A stretch of 64,000 nt of DNA, taken from positions 62,001-126,000 of the forward strand of contig NIVC01000860.1 of assembly GCA_002269645.1 (NCBI GenBank), read 5' to 3'. The stretch comes from Macrostomum lignano (lineage: Eukaryota). Numbering within the stretch: the first letter of the stretch is position 1; each line of letters starts with the position of its first letter. Shown here one piece after another: positions 11,712 through 23,932 of the stretch. The translations under genes were made by a program, and so were the position numbers. The notes beneath the pieces were generated by a model that was given only the letters and a program-made list of their open reading frames with translations, had not been told where the DNA came from and did not search any database.

Positions 11712-12304
11712 GCTGACGGCAGGTGATGCTTTGCTGAAACTGGGGGCTGCTTGAGGCGGTGTGTTGAGTCTGAGCTGGTTGAGGCCGCTCCGCTCCGGCG
11801 CTCCGACTTAAATAGACGCGAGCGGCGCCACCCCAGGCAGCCCTCCGCCCCAACCCCCTGTCACCCTGGCCAGGTCTTCCTGCTGATATAGAAGTCAAGG
11901 ACTACTGTACTTAACAACTCAGGACATTACGCTCGCCAATGAAAGAAATTCTAGAAAAGGCCGATTGCTTTAGCTGTATCGGTGGCTTTTCAATAAGCTT
12001 CTTTGATAAAGAAGTAAGCTAACCTATCTAGGGATAAATGCTTATAAAACTTTCGTGCTACGAGTGTATAATTTATTTTTTTTTCAATTTAGAAATAATA
12101 CGTACAAATATAGTCAGCAAAACATCTTTGCCGAATGGTATAGCCAACAAGTGAATGCAATTAGTCATGGTTTATCATAGACGTTAAAGCACTTTATATA
12201 AAAATGTTTGGTGGATCAGTCAGCGTACAGAAAATCATGCATTATTGCACGCTGGCGACTGAAGCGTCAATCAGCATGCAGACAATGAGGCACTAAAGAC
12301 GGCT

Positions 12305-12735
12305 GGGAGTGTAGCAATCATGGATAAAGGAATAGGAAGGATCGCTCATCCGAAAGCGAGTCTATGGCCAAAAGCTCCTAAAAATTAGGATATTCCCCTC
12401 CATGAATTTCATTGGCTAATGGAATTTAATAATAGTACCCCTTTAAGTTCTTAATGGCTGAAGCTTGTACGCGGGGGAATGCTAAATTTCTTTCCCTTAA
12501 GCCGTCGTGGCCCAGAGGAAGAAAGCAGTTAAAGATGTCTAACATTAATTTGACTGGAATTTCCCTTGCGTACGAGCTTCAGCCATTAAGAACTTAGGCT
12601 GGGACTATTATTGAATTCCATCAGCCAATGAAATTCATGGGGGGGAATATCCCAATTTTTATGAGCTTTTGGCCATAGACTCGCTTTCAGATGAGCGATC
12701 CTTTCTATTCCTTCATCCATGGTAGCAACGCTCAT
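12305..12735. repeat. Long imperfect inverted repeat (about 175-bp arms, about 80-bp spacer); foldback/MITE-like
   Basis: 12305-12480 is the reverse complement of about 12562-12735 with scattered mismatches (e.g. GCGAGTCTATGGCCAAAAGCTC vs GAGCTTTTGGCCATAGACTCGC). Confidence 0.9.
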
Positions 12736-13215
12736 AACACGAGTGTCTATGGGCGTGGTTACACACGTAGTTACATTGTTTTCCTGTCCGTGCAACAATG
12801 CCATCTTTAATTTTTTTCTTATTTTTGCGTTTTGTCTATGGTAGCGTTCAGTGCCGTTCCGGGGGTGTGCAGCACGGACGATACAATTCTTCGATATGTT
12901 CTACCTTGTAGTCAGTGAGTTTGTCGTTTCCCGTCCCGAGATCGAGTAGTCCCTGGCCTACTATATCTACCACAGTTCAGTTGTGTCTGGAGGTTACCAC
13001 GTGGAAGCAGTAAACATTGATGACTTACTTGACTCAGCTGCAGGGGGCTCCGTGCATCCGGATGCAGCGAGCGTTGCCGCTCATTTCGCTAATCCCTGGC
13101 GACCACGGGCAGCTGGTGCTGCGGTGTCGCACAGGGAGATCCAGTAGTGTCGGTGTCCGCAGCGCGGTCCCCTCCGGAGAGTCCAGGAGGTGGACGGTCG
13201 CTTGCCCGGTAGCCC

Positions 13216-14067
13216 TTAGGTAGCGGACGAGCTGGCAGAGATTCTCGGGCCTGAAAACGTCGGAGAGGTTCGGGTTCGGGCCGAGATAGGTGAGCCTGTC
13301 CTGAGTAAAGGCGGAGCATTCACAGAGACATCCCCCAGAAGCTCTATGGCGCAGGAGCTGATGGCGAGAACTTTGTTCTGGAAAACGGTGGAGCAGGTGC
13401 CGGTGTGCTGGGAGAAGGTCGCCACGGTTCTCCCTCCAGAAATGATGTAGTAGCCGTAGCCAGAGGCGGAGTTGACTACCCTAGTCGAAGGTTTTCAACT
13501 CTCGACGAGCTGCTGCTCAGACTGGCTGTCGGCGGGCTGGATGTGAAGCGCGTGGTCCTCGACTTTCGTCTTTCGGACTTAGATGACGGTACCGCTCAAG
13601 ACCCACTTGACCAGTTGGAAATCCAACCTGCGCCAGACTTGGTCGAGCTGTTCGGCCGTAAGAGGCGTCTCCTGGCTCTGGATGATCAGGGCCGGTTGCC
13701 TCTTGGTCATTGCCGCATGGGTGCGCTTGGGCTTAGTGGTTTGGCCAGCGCCCCCCGCTTTGGATCCCTCCGCGGCCGTGGGAGTTTCCACACTGGCAGA
13801 GGTCCCGCCACGTGAGGGGCCAGCCGCACCAGAAGCTTCGGCAGCACCTGACGCTTCCGACCGGCACGCGGGGTCCGCCCCCTTGTCGGCTATCGGCCCC
13901 TCCGTGGGATTCGCTGAGTCACCGGCACCCTCCTCAGAGGCGGCAGAAGAGGCGGCTTTCGCACTCCTCCGATCCTCCACCTTGCTCTGGAGAAAGGCTT
14001 TGTAGCGAGAAATGCTACGGGCCTTCTTCTTAAAGGTCCGAGATCCGCTGCCCTGTTGTCCAACCAC
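13216..14067 (-). pseudogene. Degenerate ORF, probably ORF1/gag-like of a non-LTR retrotransposon
   Basis: Basic/Ala-rich N-terminus, then PALIIQ...LTAEQLDQVWRRLDFQLVKW; the same frame continues past stops at 13579 and about 13495. GC-rich block distinct from flanks. Family assignment is from resemblance only. Confidence 0.4.
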
Positions 14068-15289
14068 TTCACCAGTGTCCTGAGTAGCAGCAGGGGCTGT
14101 TTGAGAGTCACCGGAAGTTCCGGTGTTGCGAATGTCCGGCTGAGCCGCGGTGCCAACCTCAGTTGGTCCATCGAAAGTCCATCAGCGCGGTGCTACACTG
14201 GGCCCTTTAGGGGGACAAAAAGCTGTCACCCGGAGCCTGCGGACTGGCCGCATACCCTGTTAAGGTCAGAGGGTGATACCTGTTCCTCAAAGCCGTGGAT
14301 AGATTTACCTGATACCCACAGGTACACTTACGGGCGGAGCCCGTACCCAAAGCGGCCAAGACAGAAGCCAAGGTCACAGATGGGTTGCCGCCCAGTCAGT
14401 CCAGCAGCACCAGAGCTGCCTTGAACACATGCGGGATGTTAACCTCCGGTTCGGCTTGTGAGTCAACTCGGAGAGAGTTCTCATGCCATTCCTGCACGAG
14501 AATGCATCAAGCTTCGATACTATATAGAAATATTTTAGAGAACTGGTGTATAAGTAAATGTACCTAAGTGTCTCAACAGTAGATAAATTGATAAATGAAA
14601 ACTGTAGTAGGCATTTTAGCTCGTTAAATCTGACGTAATGGTAGATATAAAACAACAATGACCTTTGGAAGGCAGGGGACATTTGAACAATTAAAACTCC
14701 ATAGAAACAGAACTAGACATCGAAATTAAACTGCATTCTAAGTGTTAGCGCTCCATCTTCTCAAACTTTATCTTTATGAACTTATGGGCACAATCAGAAG
14801 TCCAGAACGTGAGATATTGTATAGCAGCTCCGATGCAGCTGACAACTGTGCTTTAATCAGCTCTACCCAACCTACCTGAGCACACCTACCGAACACCACA
14901 TGTAGTTTATCTACCACGTATCACACTAGCTACCACAAGCCTACTCTATCTACCACAGTCTGCACTATCTATACTGCAGTCTACCTTATCTACCACATAT
15001 TCACATATATTCCCCTGTCTCCCTCTCCTCCTCCCCTCTTTCCCTCTCCCGCTCTCTCCTTCTCTCCATTCTTCCTCTCCTTTTCTCTCCTTCTCTCCCT
15101 CTTCCTCACTCCCCTCTCTCTGACTCTGACTTACAACTCCTTGTACTTCCCACCGCCTGCTAATCCCCCACCCAAGTCCACGCAATTATCCATAAAACTC
15201 TTTCACAACACTGCTTCAGTTTACGTCTGTCAGCATTCCTTGAATTCAGTATTTCTAGCTCAAAGAAGAGCAAAGGCGCTCGCAGTGAA

Positions 15290-15510
15290 TTTGTGACCAA
15301 GCAGGGGGCCCATTGGTGGAAATGAACAATTTATTTCCTTGAGCAAGACACTTAACTCTGCATTGCTTCAGTTCACCCAGCTGTAAAATGGGTGCCAGCA
15401 TAAGCTGGGGTAATTGAGGGTGTGTGTGGCGACACCCCAGTCCTTGGACTGAACAGCCGTACGCAGCCTTCAGATGCGCCGCGCAATGGCTGCGGCTGAG
15501 CTGGCCAAAT
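15290..15510 (+). mobile_element. SINE, family 1 (head degenerate)
   Basis: CCTTGAGCAAGACACTTAACTC...CACCCAGCTGTAAAATGGGTGCCAG resembles conserved metazoan SINE central domains; homologous to the inverted copy at 16870-17100. Confidence 0.75.
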
Positions 15511-15535
15511 TGGGGAAGTGGTAATCCATTATTAT

Positions 15536-15765
15536 TAACTGTTACCTTGTTACCTGTTACATGTTACCTGTTACCTTGTTATCTATTACCTCGTTACCTT
15601 TTACCTTGTTACCTGTTACCTGTTACACTGATACCTGTTACCTGTTACCTATTACATGTTACCTTTATCTATTACCTCGTTACCTGTTACCTTGATACCT
15701 GTTACCTGTTACCTGTTACCTGTTACCTTGTTACCTGTCACCTGTTATCTTGTTACCTGTTATTT
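15536..15765. repeat. (TTACCTG)n-type minisatellite, second array
   Basis: Same unit as 492-887. Confidence 0.9.
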
Positions 15766-15900
15766 CGTAAGCAAAAGCTGATAAAAGCAAAAAATTTCTG
15801 CTTAGTTTCGAGCCTATCCAGTTTTTTGAATAGTTTGTTTTAATAATTTGAGGGTCACCAGGTCTCTGTATGTAACACAGCTTTCATCTTAAATATGAAC

Positions 15901-16290
15901 TTTTTTTTTATTTATTAGAGGCAGGGGGGTTGTGTGCACCCTGGCGCACTTTAAGCCACATTGGCACACAACCGGCGAGAGGCATTGCTGCCCATTCTGC
16001 CGACTCCCCTGAGCAGGCACACACTCACACAGGAGTGTACAGCGGCCCTAACTTTATTTTATCGTTAGGCATGTACACACTTCACTGCGCCTTGGGGGGT
16101 TGGCTCTCAAGGCCGTTAATTGCACGAACAGAGCCAAGCCCCCCGCTGTGTCTACGGACCACCCTGCAGCTAAGTCAAGAGCCAAGCCGAGATTCCAATT
16201 CAGCCCCAAATTAATGTGACTGCACTTGGAATCGAGCCTGGGTCGCTGGCACACCAGAGCAGCTGCGCTACCGCTGGGCTACGGCCCCCC
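15901..16290 (-). mobile_element. tRNA-derived SINE, family 2
   Basis: A box TAGCCCAGCGG (16281-16271), B box GGCTCGATTCC (16238-16228), A-rich tail AATAAATAAAAAAAAA at about 15901-15916. Confidence 0.75.
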
Positions 16291-16869
16291 TCAAATGAAC
16301 TAAAGTTAGATGTTGCATTTTTATAGAGTTAAATAACTCATTTTTTGCTGCATGCACTGAATGCACTGGCGCTTATGGAAAAATCCGACCTTCTGGTAGA
16401 ATCGTCGAATATCTCGACGGTCCGGAAGGCATTTCCTACTGTGTTGCGAGTAATTTTAACAATTTGTCTGCATGCTTGTTAATTTGAGTGGAGATTTTGC
16501 ACTTTTTAAAGCAACTGAGAGAGACGGTGGCAGATTGGCATATTGAAATTCGTGGAAACCAGTGTTTGCTAAATAGGCTACTCCAACAAGACCCTCTTGC
16601 CGAAGTATCTTACAGCGCTTGGCTGTTTGCTCAATCGACAAGCACCATTTCAGATGTTGCAGAGATGGAAATTACTCTCAGCATTAAAGAAATTACGATA
16701 TAAAAGGGTTAATACTGGAAGCTACAGCGACAATTACAGTAATCTACTGCTATTGTAAGGGTATACAATAGCCTCGCTACGGACACTTGCAACTTCTAAA
16801 GTTAGTTTCTCCATCATTGATTGAAAGTTTAGTACAGTGATCAGTTATATTAAATTGCAACCGACAACT

Positions 16870-17100
16870 CAGCCGCAGCTATTGCGCGGCGTATCTGAAG
16901 GCTGCCCAGGACTGGGGGGTCGCCACACACACCCTCAATTACTCCAGCTAATGCTGGCACCCATTTTACAGCTGAGTGAACTGAGACAATTCAGAGTTAA
17001 GTGTCTGGCTTAGGGACACAAATTGTTTTGAATGGGCTAAGAATCGAACCTCTGACCTTTCAGTAGTGTGTCTGAAGCTTGAACCACTAGGCTAAAACTG
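16870..17100 (-). mobile_element. tRNA-derived SINE, family 1
   Basis: A box TAGCCTAGTGG (17094-17084), B box GGTTCGATTC (17050-17041); body matches 15290-15510. Confidence 0.8.
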
Positions 17101-17985
17101 ATCTTAATTATATTCCCTAGATAGGCCCCTTTGTATTGCGGCAGATGGAGAAAGTGCTACCGCTGTTTTTCGTCACATCCGAAGTGTGATTCAAAATCCG
17201 AAGTGGGTTGCTTAGATTTTGAGTTCAGTAGCAGCTTAGGGACATAGGTGCTATTTTTTGAGAACTTAGATCTCATTAAGTAAGAGTAGATATTGTCAAA
17301 CATATTCACATACAAACATTTAACATACTGCAATACAATGACTACTGACAAAATTGAGTTCAGTAGTTGATTTTCGCGCTGTCGAGAGTTGCAAAATATT
17401 TCCCATTAGTTTTTACGGCCACATAAGTGTTTAATGAGTGGCTCATCTTGTGTAAATATGATCTTTTGGACTACAACCCCTTCCAGGCCATACGAGCGTA
17501 CGAGATGGTGTATGCTACATACGCTCGTATATGTACTTCAGTCACCATGAGGAATCTTTGAAACCCAATGCATTCATGATCCATCAGTTCAGATTCCATG
17601 TGCCTACCTTGTGCCAAATCAATGCTTCCGCAAGTCATTCGTCAATAATCGAGTTGTTATTGTGCGAGTTAAGTAGGTTGTTATCAAAGTAAATAATTAT
17701 TGTCAGTATATTTGAGCTGGGTTGGAAAACTGGCACAAAAAGGATCACTGCTAAATCACTTTTGATATATAGATCAAATATACCATTTTTAATGTAGAGA
17801 AGTATTGCATTTTTGCTTCAAATAAAAAAACTTGAGTGGTAGCTAGACGAGAAAAGTTGTACTTGAGTGGCTAAGTAAAAGTAGTTTAGTTAAAAAATCA
17901 AAGAATTTAAAGTTAATCATATCTCCCGAGCTTGATCTTCTCCAGCAGCAGACTCTGCCGCGGCAATTCTCGTTGGCTGCGGCCG

Positions 17986-18315
17986 TCACTGCTTGCACAC
18001 AGCGGCCAGCAGGGCCAGAGCCGCGGTCAGAACGAGGCCGCTGGGACCGAACTGCCTCGGCGAGGAGTTGCACAGGTCGGTGGTGCAGCACGAGGTGATG
18101 CTGGATTCCACGCAGGTACTGGAAGCGGAGCGGGTGATGATGCCAGCCGTGTCAGCCTTGACGCAGTAGGTGCCAGTGTTTGTTGGGGTGCTGCTGGAGA
18201 CGGTGCTGCAGGCGACGCAGACGTAGCAGTTGACGGCGTCGGCCGGGGTGGGCAGAAGGCAGACGGCGACCAGGAGGCCGAGAGTGGCCAGGCGGAGCAC
18301 TTGCTGACGCTGCAT
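17986..18315 (-). CDS. Ly6/uPAR GPI-anchored protein, copy 3 (109 aa, divergent loops)
   Basis: Same leader, GPI tail and Cys spacing as copies 1-2; many substitutions in the LU domain; homologous promoter. Confidence 0.9.
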   Translation of the reverse strand: MQRQQVLRLATLGLLVAVCLLPTPADAVNCYVCVACSTVSSSTPTNTGTYCVKADTAGIITRSASSTCVESSITSCCTTDLCNSSPRQFGPSGLVLTAALALLAAVCKQ

Positions 18316-19216
18316 GCTGATGGCAGGTGATGCTTTGCTGAAACTGGGGGCTGCTTGAGGCGGTGTGTTGAGTCTGAGCTGTTTGAAGCCGCTCCGCTCC
18401 GGCGCTCCGACTTAAATAGACGCGAGCGGCGCCACCCCACACAGCTCTCCGCCGCAGACCCCGTTGCTAGGCCAGCGAGTTCTGCAAATATAGAAGCCTG
18501 GAGTTGTGTTTTCTCAAGTTACACAATTATGGAGAAAGAATCAAACTACGGTAGAAAATGGTTAGCAAAAATTGTATGAATCGATTCCTCAGATTCCACC
18601 ACAGGAGTGACAACTGTTGGCACACAAAATGCCAGTGTTGTCGTGCGTTGTTTTTTCCGCACACTTACCGACGGTTAAAGAAGAAGACGTCTGAAGACGT
18701 TTCGTAGTTTCATAACAGTACACATGATAGTACATGATACGTACACCATACATGATCCATGCTTTTTCAACAGTCAAGATTAAAAATTTAACAAAATACT
18801 TGCTTGCAAACTGAACCTTTTCAAAGACAGAAAGATTAGCTAACGTGATGAACTCATAAGCTCTCTTCTCAAGCATTTTCCTACAGCCACTCTCTTTACT
18901 TCTATCACTTTGTACCTGTGTCTACATTTGCAAATTTATGTCTACATGAAACTTGCACAGCACTGCGCCAACCCGCCCGAGTCCCTGCTTATTTTCAAAG
19001 GGATGAAACACGTCTTTGTTTCTTAGAAAATATTTGAATTCCGGCTTACTCGTGAATTTATTGCGCAACAGGGATAGAAACATCTCGTAGTTTGTAGCTG
19101 GTATAGATAGCCTGTTTCCACTGGAAGCAGATCCAGTGCAAATCTTTTAATATGACTTAATATGATTTATTTACAAATATATATAGTGAAATTAGCTGGT
19201 ATAATACTTATATAAT

Positions 19217-19560
19217 ATGTCATCATGTTATGACAGCCGGAGAGGCTGCTCAGCGTACCTCAACGGTCTGGTTCCCGGCGTCCGCGAGGATCTGCGGCGT
19301 CGCCGCGGGATTGTCTGGGTTGCCTTTCGTTCTGTGAAGGCCCTGCTCGACCGCCAAAGGGCGGCGTTGTTCCAGACGGTGATCGAGACCGTCTTGCTGT
19401 ACAGCGACGAGACCTGGACAGACTCGCTCGGCCTTGGTCGTTTAAGCAGCCTGTTGCGCTGTCGGCGGCTCCAGCTGGCAGCCCACATCATCCGCGCCGA
19501 ATCGCGTTGCCCACAGCCGGCGTTTCGTCGACTACCTGCTGAACTGATGCCCCGGATTTG
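19217..19560 (+). pseudogene. Non-LTR retrotransposon RT C-terminal fragment
   Basis: ALFQTVIETVLLYSDETW and LLRCRRLQLAAHIIR motifs, comparable to LFRATVEPILLYG...RRQTLAGHVLR at 55146-55475. Confidence 0.7.
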
Positions 19561-19696
19561 TTTTAAGGTTTATATATTGAATTACATGTAAGTGTTTAAT
19601 ATATTCAAATAGATGTTCGATTTCTTCCTTCTTATACATATTGTGAGGCAATAGTTTTGGGTTTACTGCACGCGTACATATTTAGTAGATGACTTT

Positions 19697-19724
19697 ATCA
19701 TCATCATCATCATCATCATCATCG

Positions 19725-19786
<62 letters not shown>

Positions 19787-19798
19787 TTCTTCTTCTTC
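19697..19798. repeat. (CAT)n then (TTC)n microsatellite at the LINE 3' end
   Basis: About 30 CAT units (one CGT), then 4 TTC units. Confidence 0.95.
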
Positions 19799-22700
19799 TG
19801 TCCTTTTATCGCCGGGGGGGCGTGGACACGGGCACGTTTATTGAGAGGTGCAGGTACGTCTGTGTCTGGCCATGTTGGTCTTGGCCAGGAGTCTGCCGCA
19901 GCTGGGGCACGGTGCTCTCGTGCTGCGGTAGATCCTCGCGCCCAGTTCTTCCACTCTCGCCGGTTGCTCTGGCAGGTGGGCCTGGACTCTCGTTGGTCCG
20001 CAGGTTTTGCGGTGCCGCGCGAAATTCGACTTGCTCAGCCAGCTCCCGCATTGGGCGCACAGGACGAGGCCTCCAGCTTGCTTTTCTCCCTGGCATCGTT
20101 TCTGGTGGTTTTTCCTGGTTGCTTCTGAGGTGAACGTGGTCAAGCAAATTGGGCATGGTAGCTGCACTCTTTCGAAGATGTGGTGCATGCGCCTCTGGTG
20201 GATCGCCAGTCCTCCTCTTGACGCGCAGGTCTTAGTACACCCCTCGTAGCGGCAGCGGTAACCCGTTAGCTCGGATTCGCCCTGCCCGTCCTCTTCTGGC
20301 GGGGTCTCACTTGCCTCTGGTTGTCGCTTTTTTCTTTTGGCCTTCTCCTCCCGGTCCAGTTCTCTTTCGCGTTTCTTTATTCGTTCTTTCCATGCAGTCC
20401 GGTCCGCCACCATCCTCTCGAGGTCTAGCTCGTCGATCTTCGCCCCGCGGAGCATCTTCTTCCAATATGAGACGATCGTCTGCTTCCGTTTCTTGGCTTT
20501 TCGGATGCCCTCCAAGGTCTTATTCCAGCCTAGAATGCACGTCTTAGCTAGGTTCGAGTCGGGTAGGCGGAGCACGTGGCCCATACGCCTCCAGTGCGCT
20601 GCTTCAATTTTGTTGCTGATACTCTTGATGCCGAGTTCTGCGCGCACGTCCCACATATTGACTCCCTTCTCTTCCATTTCTATGAGCGGTGGTCTTGTCT
20701 TCGCGCTCCAGACGTATCTGTACTTTCTGTCCATTGTTTGCTGCATTCTCTTGACCTCGGATTTCTGGAAGGGTCTCGCTCCGGCGTTAAACAGCATGGT
20801 GCTTTCCACGCAGGCTTCGACAATGCGCGCTTGAGTGCGCTTGCTCAGCCGTGTGCGCCGGAGCATGTTCTTTGTTCCGTGCCATGCTTTGGCTGCTCGT
20901 TTCAGTCTTTGCGTCATATCCTGCTTCCTTCCCAGCCAGGTCCCGAGCATCCGGATGTTTCCGCTATCCTCGGTGCCTAGCGTAGCTCTTTCTTCTTTAT
21001 CGTCGTTTGTCCTTTCTTCAAGGTCTGCCATGGTCTCGATGATGACCCTCGTTCCCTGGTTGACCTCGGCTGCGGTCCCGATGACGGTGGTGTCGTCGGC
21101 GAACAATGAGCTCGTGATCTTGATTTCGACCGTCTCGTCGTTGCGGACACCAATTCTTTGCGGAGGTAGGCAGCTGCCTGGTCGGCGGACCCAGCGAATC
21201 CCGTGCACTTGTCCTGTTTCCTTCGCCAGAGTGGCTCGTCTCTCTTCAGCTAACCTCATGACTGCCTGGTGGAAGATATTAAAGAGTATTGGCGATGTGG
21301 CGCATCCTTCGCGGAGTCCCCGTTGCGGGTAAAACTCCGTGCTCCACTCATTATCACAAAGCACCTTGTACGCGGTAAATTCATGTAGGTCTTTAATCTT
21401 GTCAATCATCTTTTTCGGCATCCTGTAGTGCTCGAGGAGTTCCCACAGTAGTGGCTTGTTGACTCTCGGGTACGCTTTTCGGAGGTCAAGCAGGACGATG
21501 TTGGTGTCCGTTTCTGGGTCGTAATCCGGGCTCTCGCGGATTTTTTCGGCGTCCTCGTTCAAACGGAGGATGATTTGGGTCGCATCCATGGTGGATTGTC
21601 CTCGCCGGAAGCCAGCTTGATTTTCATCCATCAGTCCCAGCTTCTCCGCCCAGACGCTGAGTCTCGAGGCAATGATGCGTGCGATTATTCGGCTAAGGCA
21701 TGGGAGGAGGCAGACGCCGCGGAAATTATTCAGATTTGCTCTGTCTCCCTTTTTGTGAAGTGGTATGATGATCCCCACTTTTTGATCGTTTTCCCATGTA
21801 GATGCTGGATGTTTCCAGAGTCGCTGGATTTCCTGCTTTAGGACTACTTTTGCTTCGTCGCAGGCGTTCCTGATGTACCGTATTCTAAGATCGTCGACTC
21901 CTGGTGCTCCATCTTTGATTTTAGCAAGCTCCGTCTCTATCTCAGTGTCTTTCAGTTCACTGGCGAGATCCGCGTTTGCAATTTCAATCTCATTTACCGG
22001 TCTGCTCGTAGGGGGCATCCGGTGGACTAGGTGGAGCATTTCTTCTGGGTTGTTCTCGAAACGTTGGTCTTGGATTTTCGAGAGGTGGTTTTTAAACTCC
22101 TCCGCTGAGAAAAGCGGAGGATCTTGCTGTTATTGCTGTTCTGTGTGTCGCTTTTACCCATTCTCCTCAGGCAGTCATACATCCCTCCGGTGTTTCCACT
22201 GTCACAATGCCTTTTGCATTCTTCCGCGATTTCGGTCCACCAGCTCTCTTCCCATTCACGGAGCCTGTTTTTTTGTTGTTTTCTGATGGTTTTTAGGCGC
22301 TCTTCTGCCATTTGTACCCTGCTTACTCGCTCTGGTGTTTCTTGCTCGCGGAGCTGTCGTCGTGCGTTGTTCCTCTGTGCTAAGGCATCTTTTATCCCTT
22401 CGTTTATGTTTTTTAACTCTTCTTCGTGGCCAAACATCCAGCTGTTAGTCATTCTGGTTCTGATCCCGCAGACCTCCTTCGCTGCTTCTAGGAGCACTTC
22501 CCCGACTTCATTCCATTTGTTATTGTTTTCCTTTTCTGCTCCGTTCGCGTTCGCGTTCCTGAGTTTTTCCGTTGTCTTTTCTCGGTATTTTTCACGGGTT
22601 CGCGCGTCTCTCAGGTTTTCCCAAGCGATTGCCTGCTTTTTCGTTTTTGTGATGTAGCGTTTGGGGGGTGGCGCGCATTTCTCTATACTCTTTTTGTGGA

Positions 22701-23877
22701 AAGTGATCACCTTTGGGAGGTGGTCAGATAACTGCGGCTCGTGGTCTGTGCGGATTTTCTTTGCAATCCTGGGTCGTTGCTCCCTCTTCAGGATGAATCC
22801 GTCTAACTCGTACCAAACGCCTGATGCCGGGTTTTTCCAAGTCCCTTGTTTTTGTTGCGGGTAGAACGAGCTTGCCCACACCAGGTCCAGGCTTTCCAGC
22901 CAGATCAGGAGGTCCTCACCTTGTTGGTTTGTGCTCCCGCATCCAAATCTCCCTGCGCTGCTCAGGCCCACGGCATCTCTTCCGACGTTTGCGTTGAAGT
23001 CGCCTCCTATAACAGTCATTGCATTCTTCGCTGTGGTGCTGACTATGCGTTCGATTTCGGTCTTGATCGTCTCCAGCTCTTGCTCATAGTCCTGGCTTCC
23101 TTTCACTGGTTGGTAGACCGCGACTAGCACTATTTTGCCGATCTCCAGCGTTAGCGTCCTCTCTGATGGGTGCATTTTTCTGCCATCAGCGTTCCATAGT
23201 TCCCACGCTGTTTCACTGAGTAGGATCCCAACCTTGTGCGAGTGTATCAGAAAGGCATCTTTACCGATGGGGTGGTATTTTCGTATCCCGGTCGATTTCG
23301 TGTCCAGTTCCGTGATTAGTGTCACGTCCCAGTCTTTCCTTGCAGCGCATTTGATCATTTCGCCAAATCTTCCCGATCCTATATTTGCTCGTCTCGCGTT
23401 CCACGTGGCTACTCGGATCTCTGCTTCTTTCCACTTCTCTTCCGCTTTCTCGTGTTTCTTTTTCCTCTTTTCATCTTGCTTCCGTTTTCTCTTTGTCATC
23501 CGCCGTTTATTACGGGCCTTTCTTTGTTCCACATTCCTGGGTCCCGGGTTTTTTTCTACAGTCCTGAGCGCCAGAAAAATTTCGGTGCTTCTCCGCCGTC
23601 TCTCTTCTGCTCCGTCTTTTTTTGGTTTTTTTGATTTTTTCTCTTTTCCCTGTCTCCTCTGTCTCCTCTCTTTCCGTGTCCGTTTGGCCTTAATGTTGTT
23701 TATAGAGGTGCTCGGTTCGGTCATCTCCGGGCCGCTCTGTTGGAGGGAGGTTTGCCTACAGAACGCAGTTGTTAAACTGAGTCTGTAGGCCTCTCTCCCC
23801 CCCCGACTTCTTCTTTGCCAACCTGTTTCCAGGCTGCCCGCTTGGCACTGTCGAGAAAGTGAGAAGTCTGCGCCGGC
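19787..23877 (-). mobile_element. Near-intact non-LTR retrotransposon (APE-RT-zinc fingers, RTE-like architecture) within an (ATG)n tract
   Basis: APE motifs (VATWNAR, LITELD, VIGGDFNA, WYELDGF, SDHLP), RT motifs (FRGVCLL, QAGFR, LLDLRKAYP, GLREGC, LFADDT), four C-terminal Cys/His fingers; one frameshift near 22100; (GAA)n tail. Confidence 0.93.
19838..22109 (-). CDS. LINE reverse transcriptase plus C-terminal zinc fingers (-1 frame relative to APE)
   Basis: Frame is open from about 22109 (FSAEEFKNHLSKIQDQRFENNPEEMLHL) to the stop at 19838. Confidence 0.9.

Positions 23878-23913
<36 letters not shown>
22027..23913 (-). CDS. LINE APE endonuclease portion
   Basis: APE motifs as above, preceded by a basic RNA-binding-like region. 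True start uncertain: in-frame ATG array 23878-23913 or the MTEPST methionine. Confidence 0.85.
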
Positions 23914-23915
<2 letters not shown>

Positions 23916-23932
23916 GCATCATCATCGTCATC
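23878..23932. repeat. (CAT)n microsatellite at the LINE 5' end
   Basis: 12 perfect CAT units, then CAG/CGT-interrupted units. Confidence 0.95.

Noticed and set aside
12586-12804. 72-aa ORF within the inverted repeat
   Set aside because: The mirror arm does not preserve a matching ORF and no domain is recognisable; treated as non-coding.
16228-17100. Possible tRNA genes
   Set aside because: A and B boxes are present, but no complete cloverleaf or acceptor stem could be built and both continue into repeated bodies, so they are called SINE heads.
18670-18720. CTGAAGA and CGAAAC motifs suggesting a hammerhead ribozyme
   Set aside because: The two core motifs are on opposite strands, so the required order and stems cannot form.
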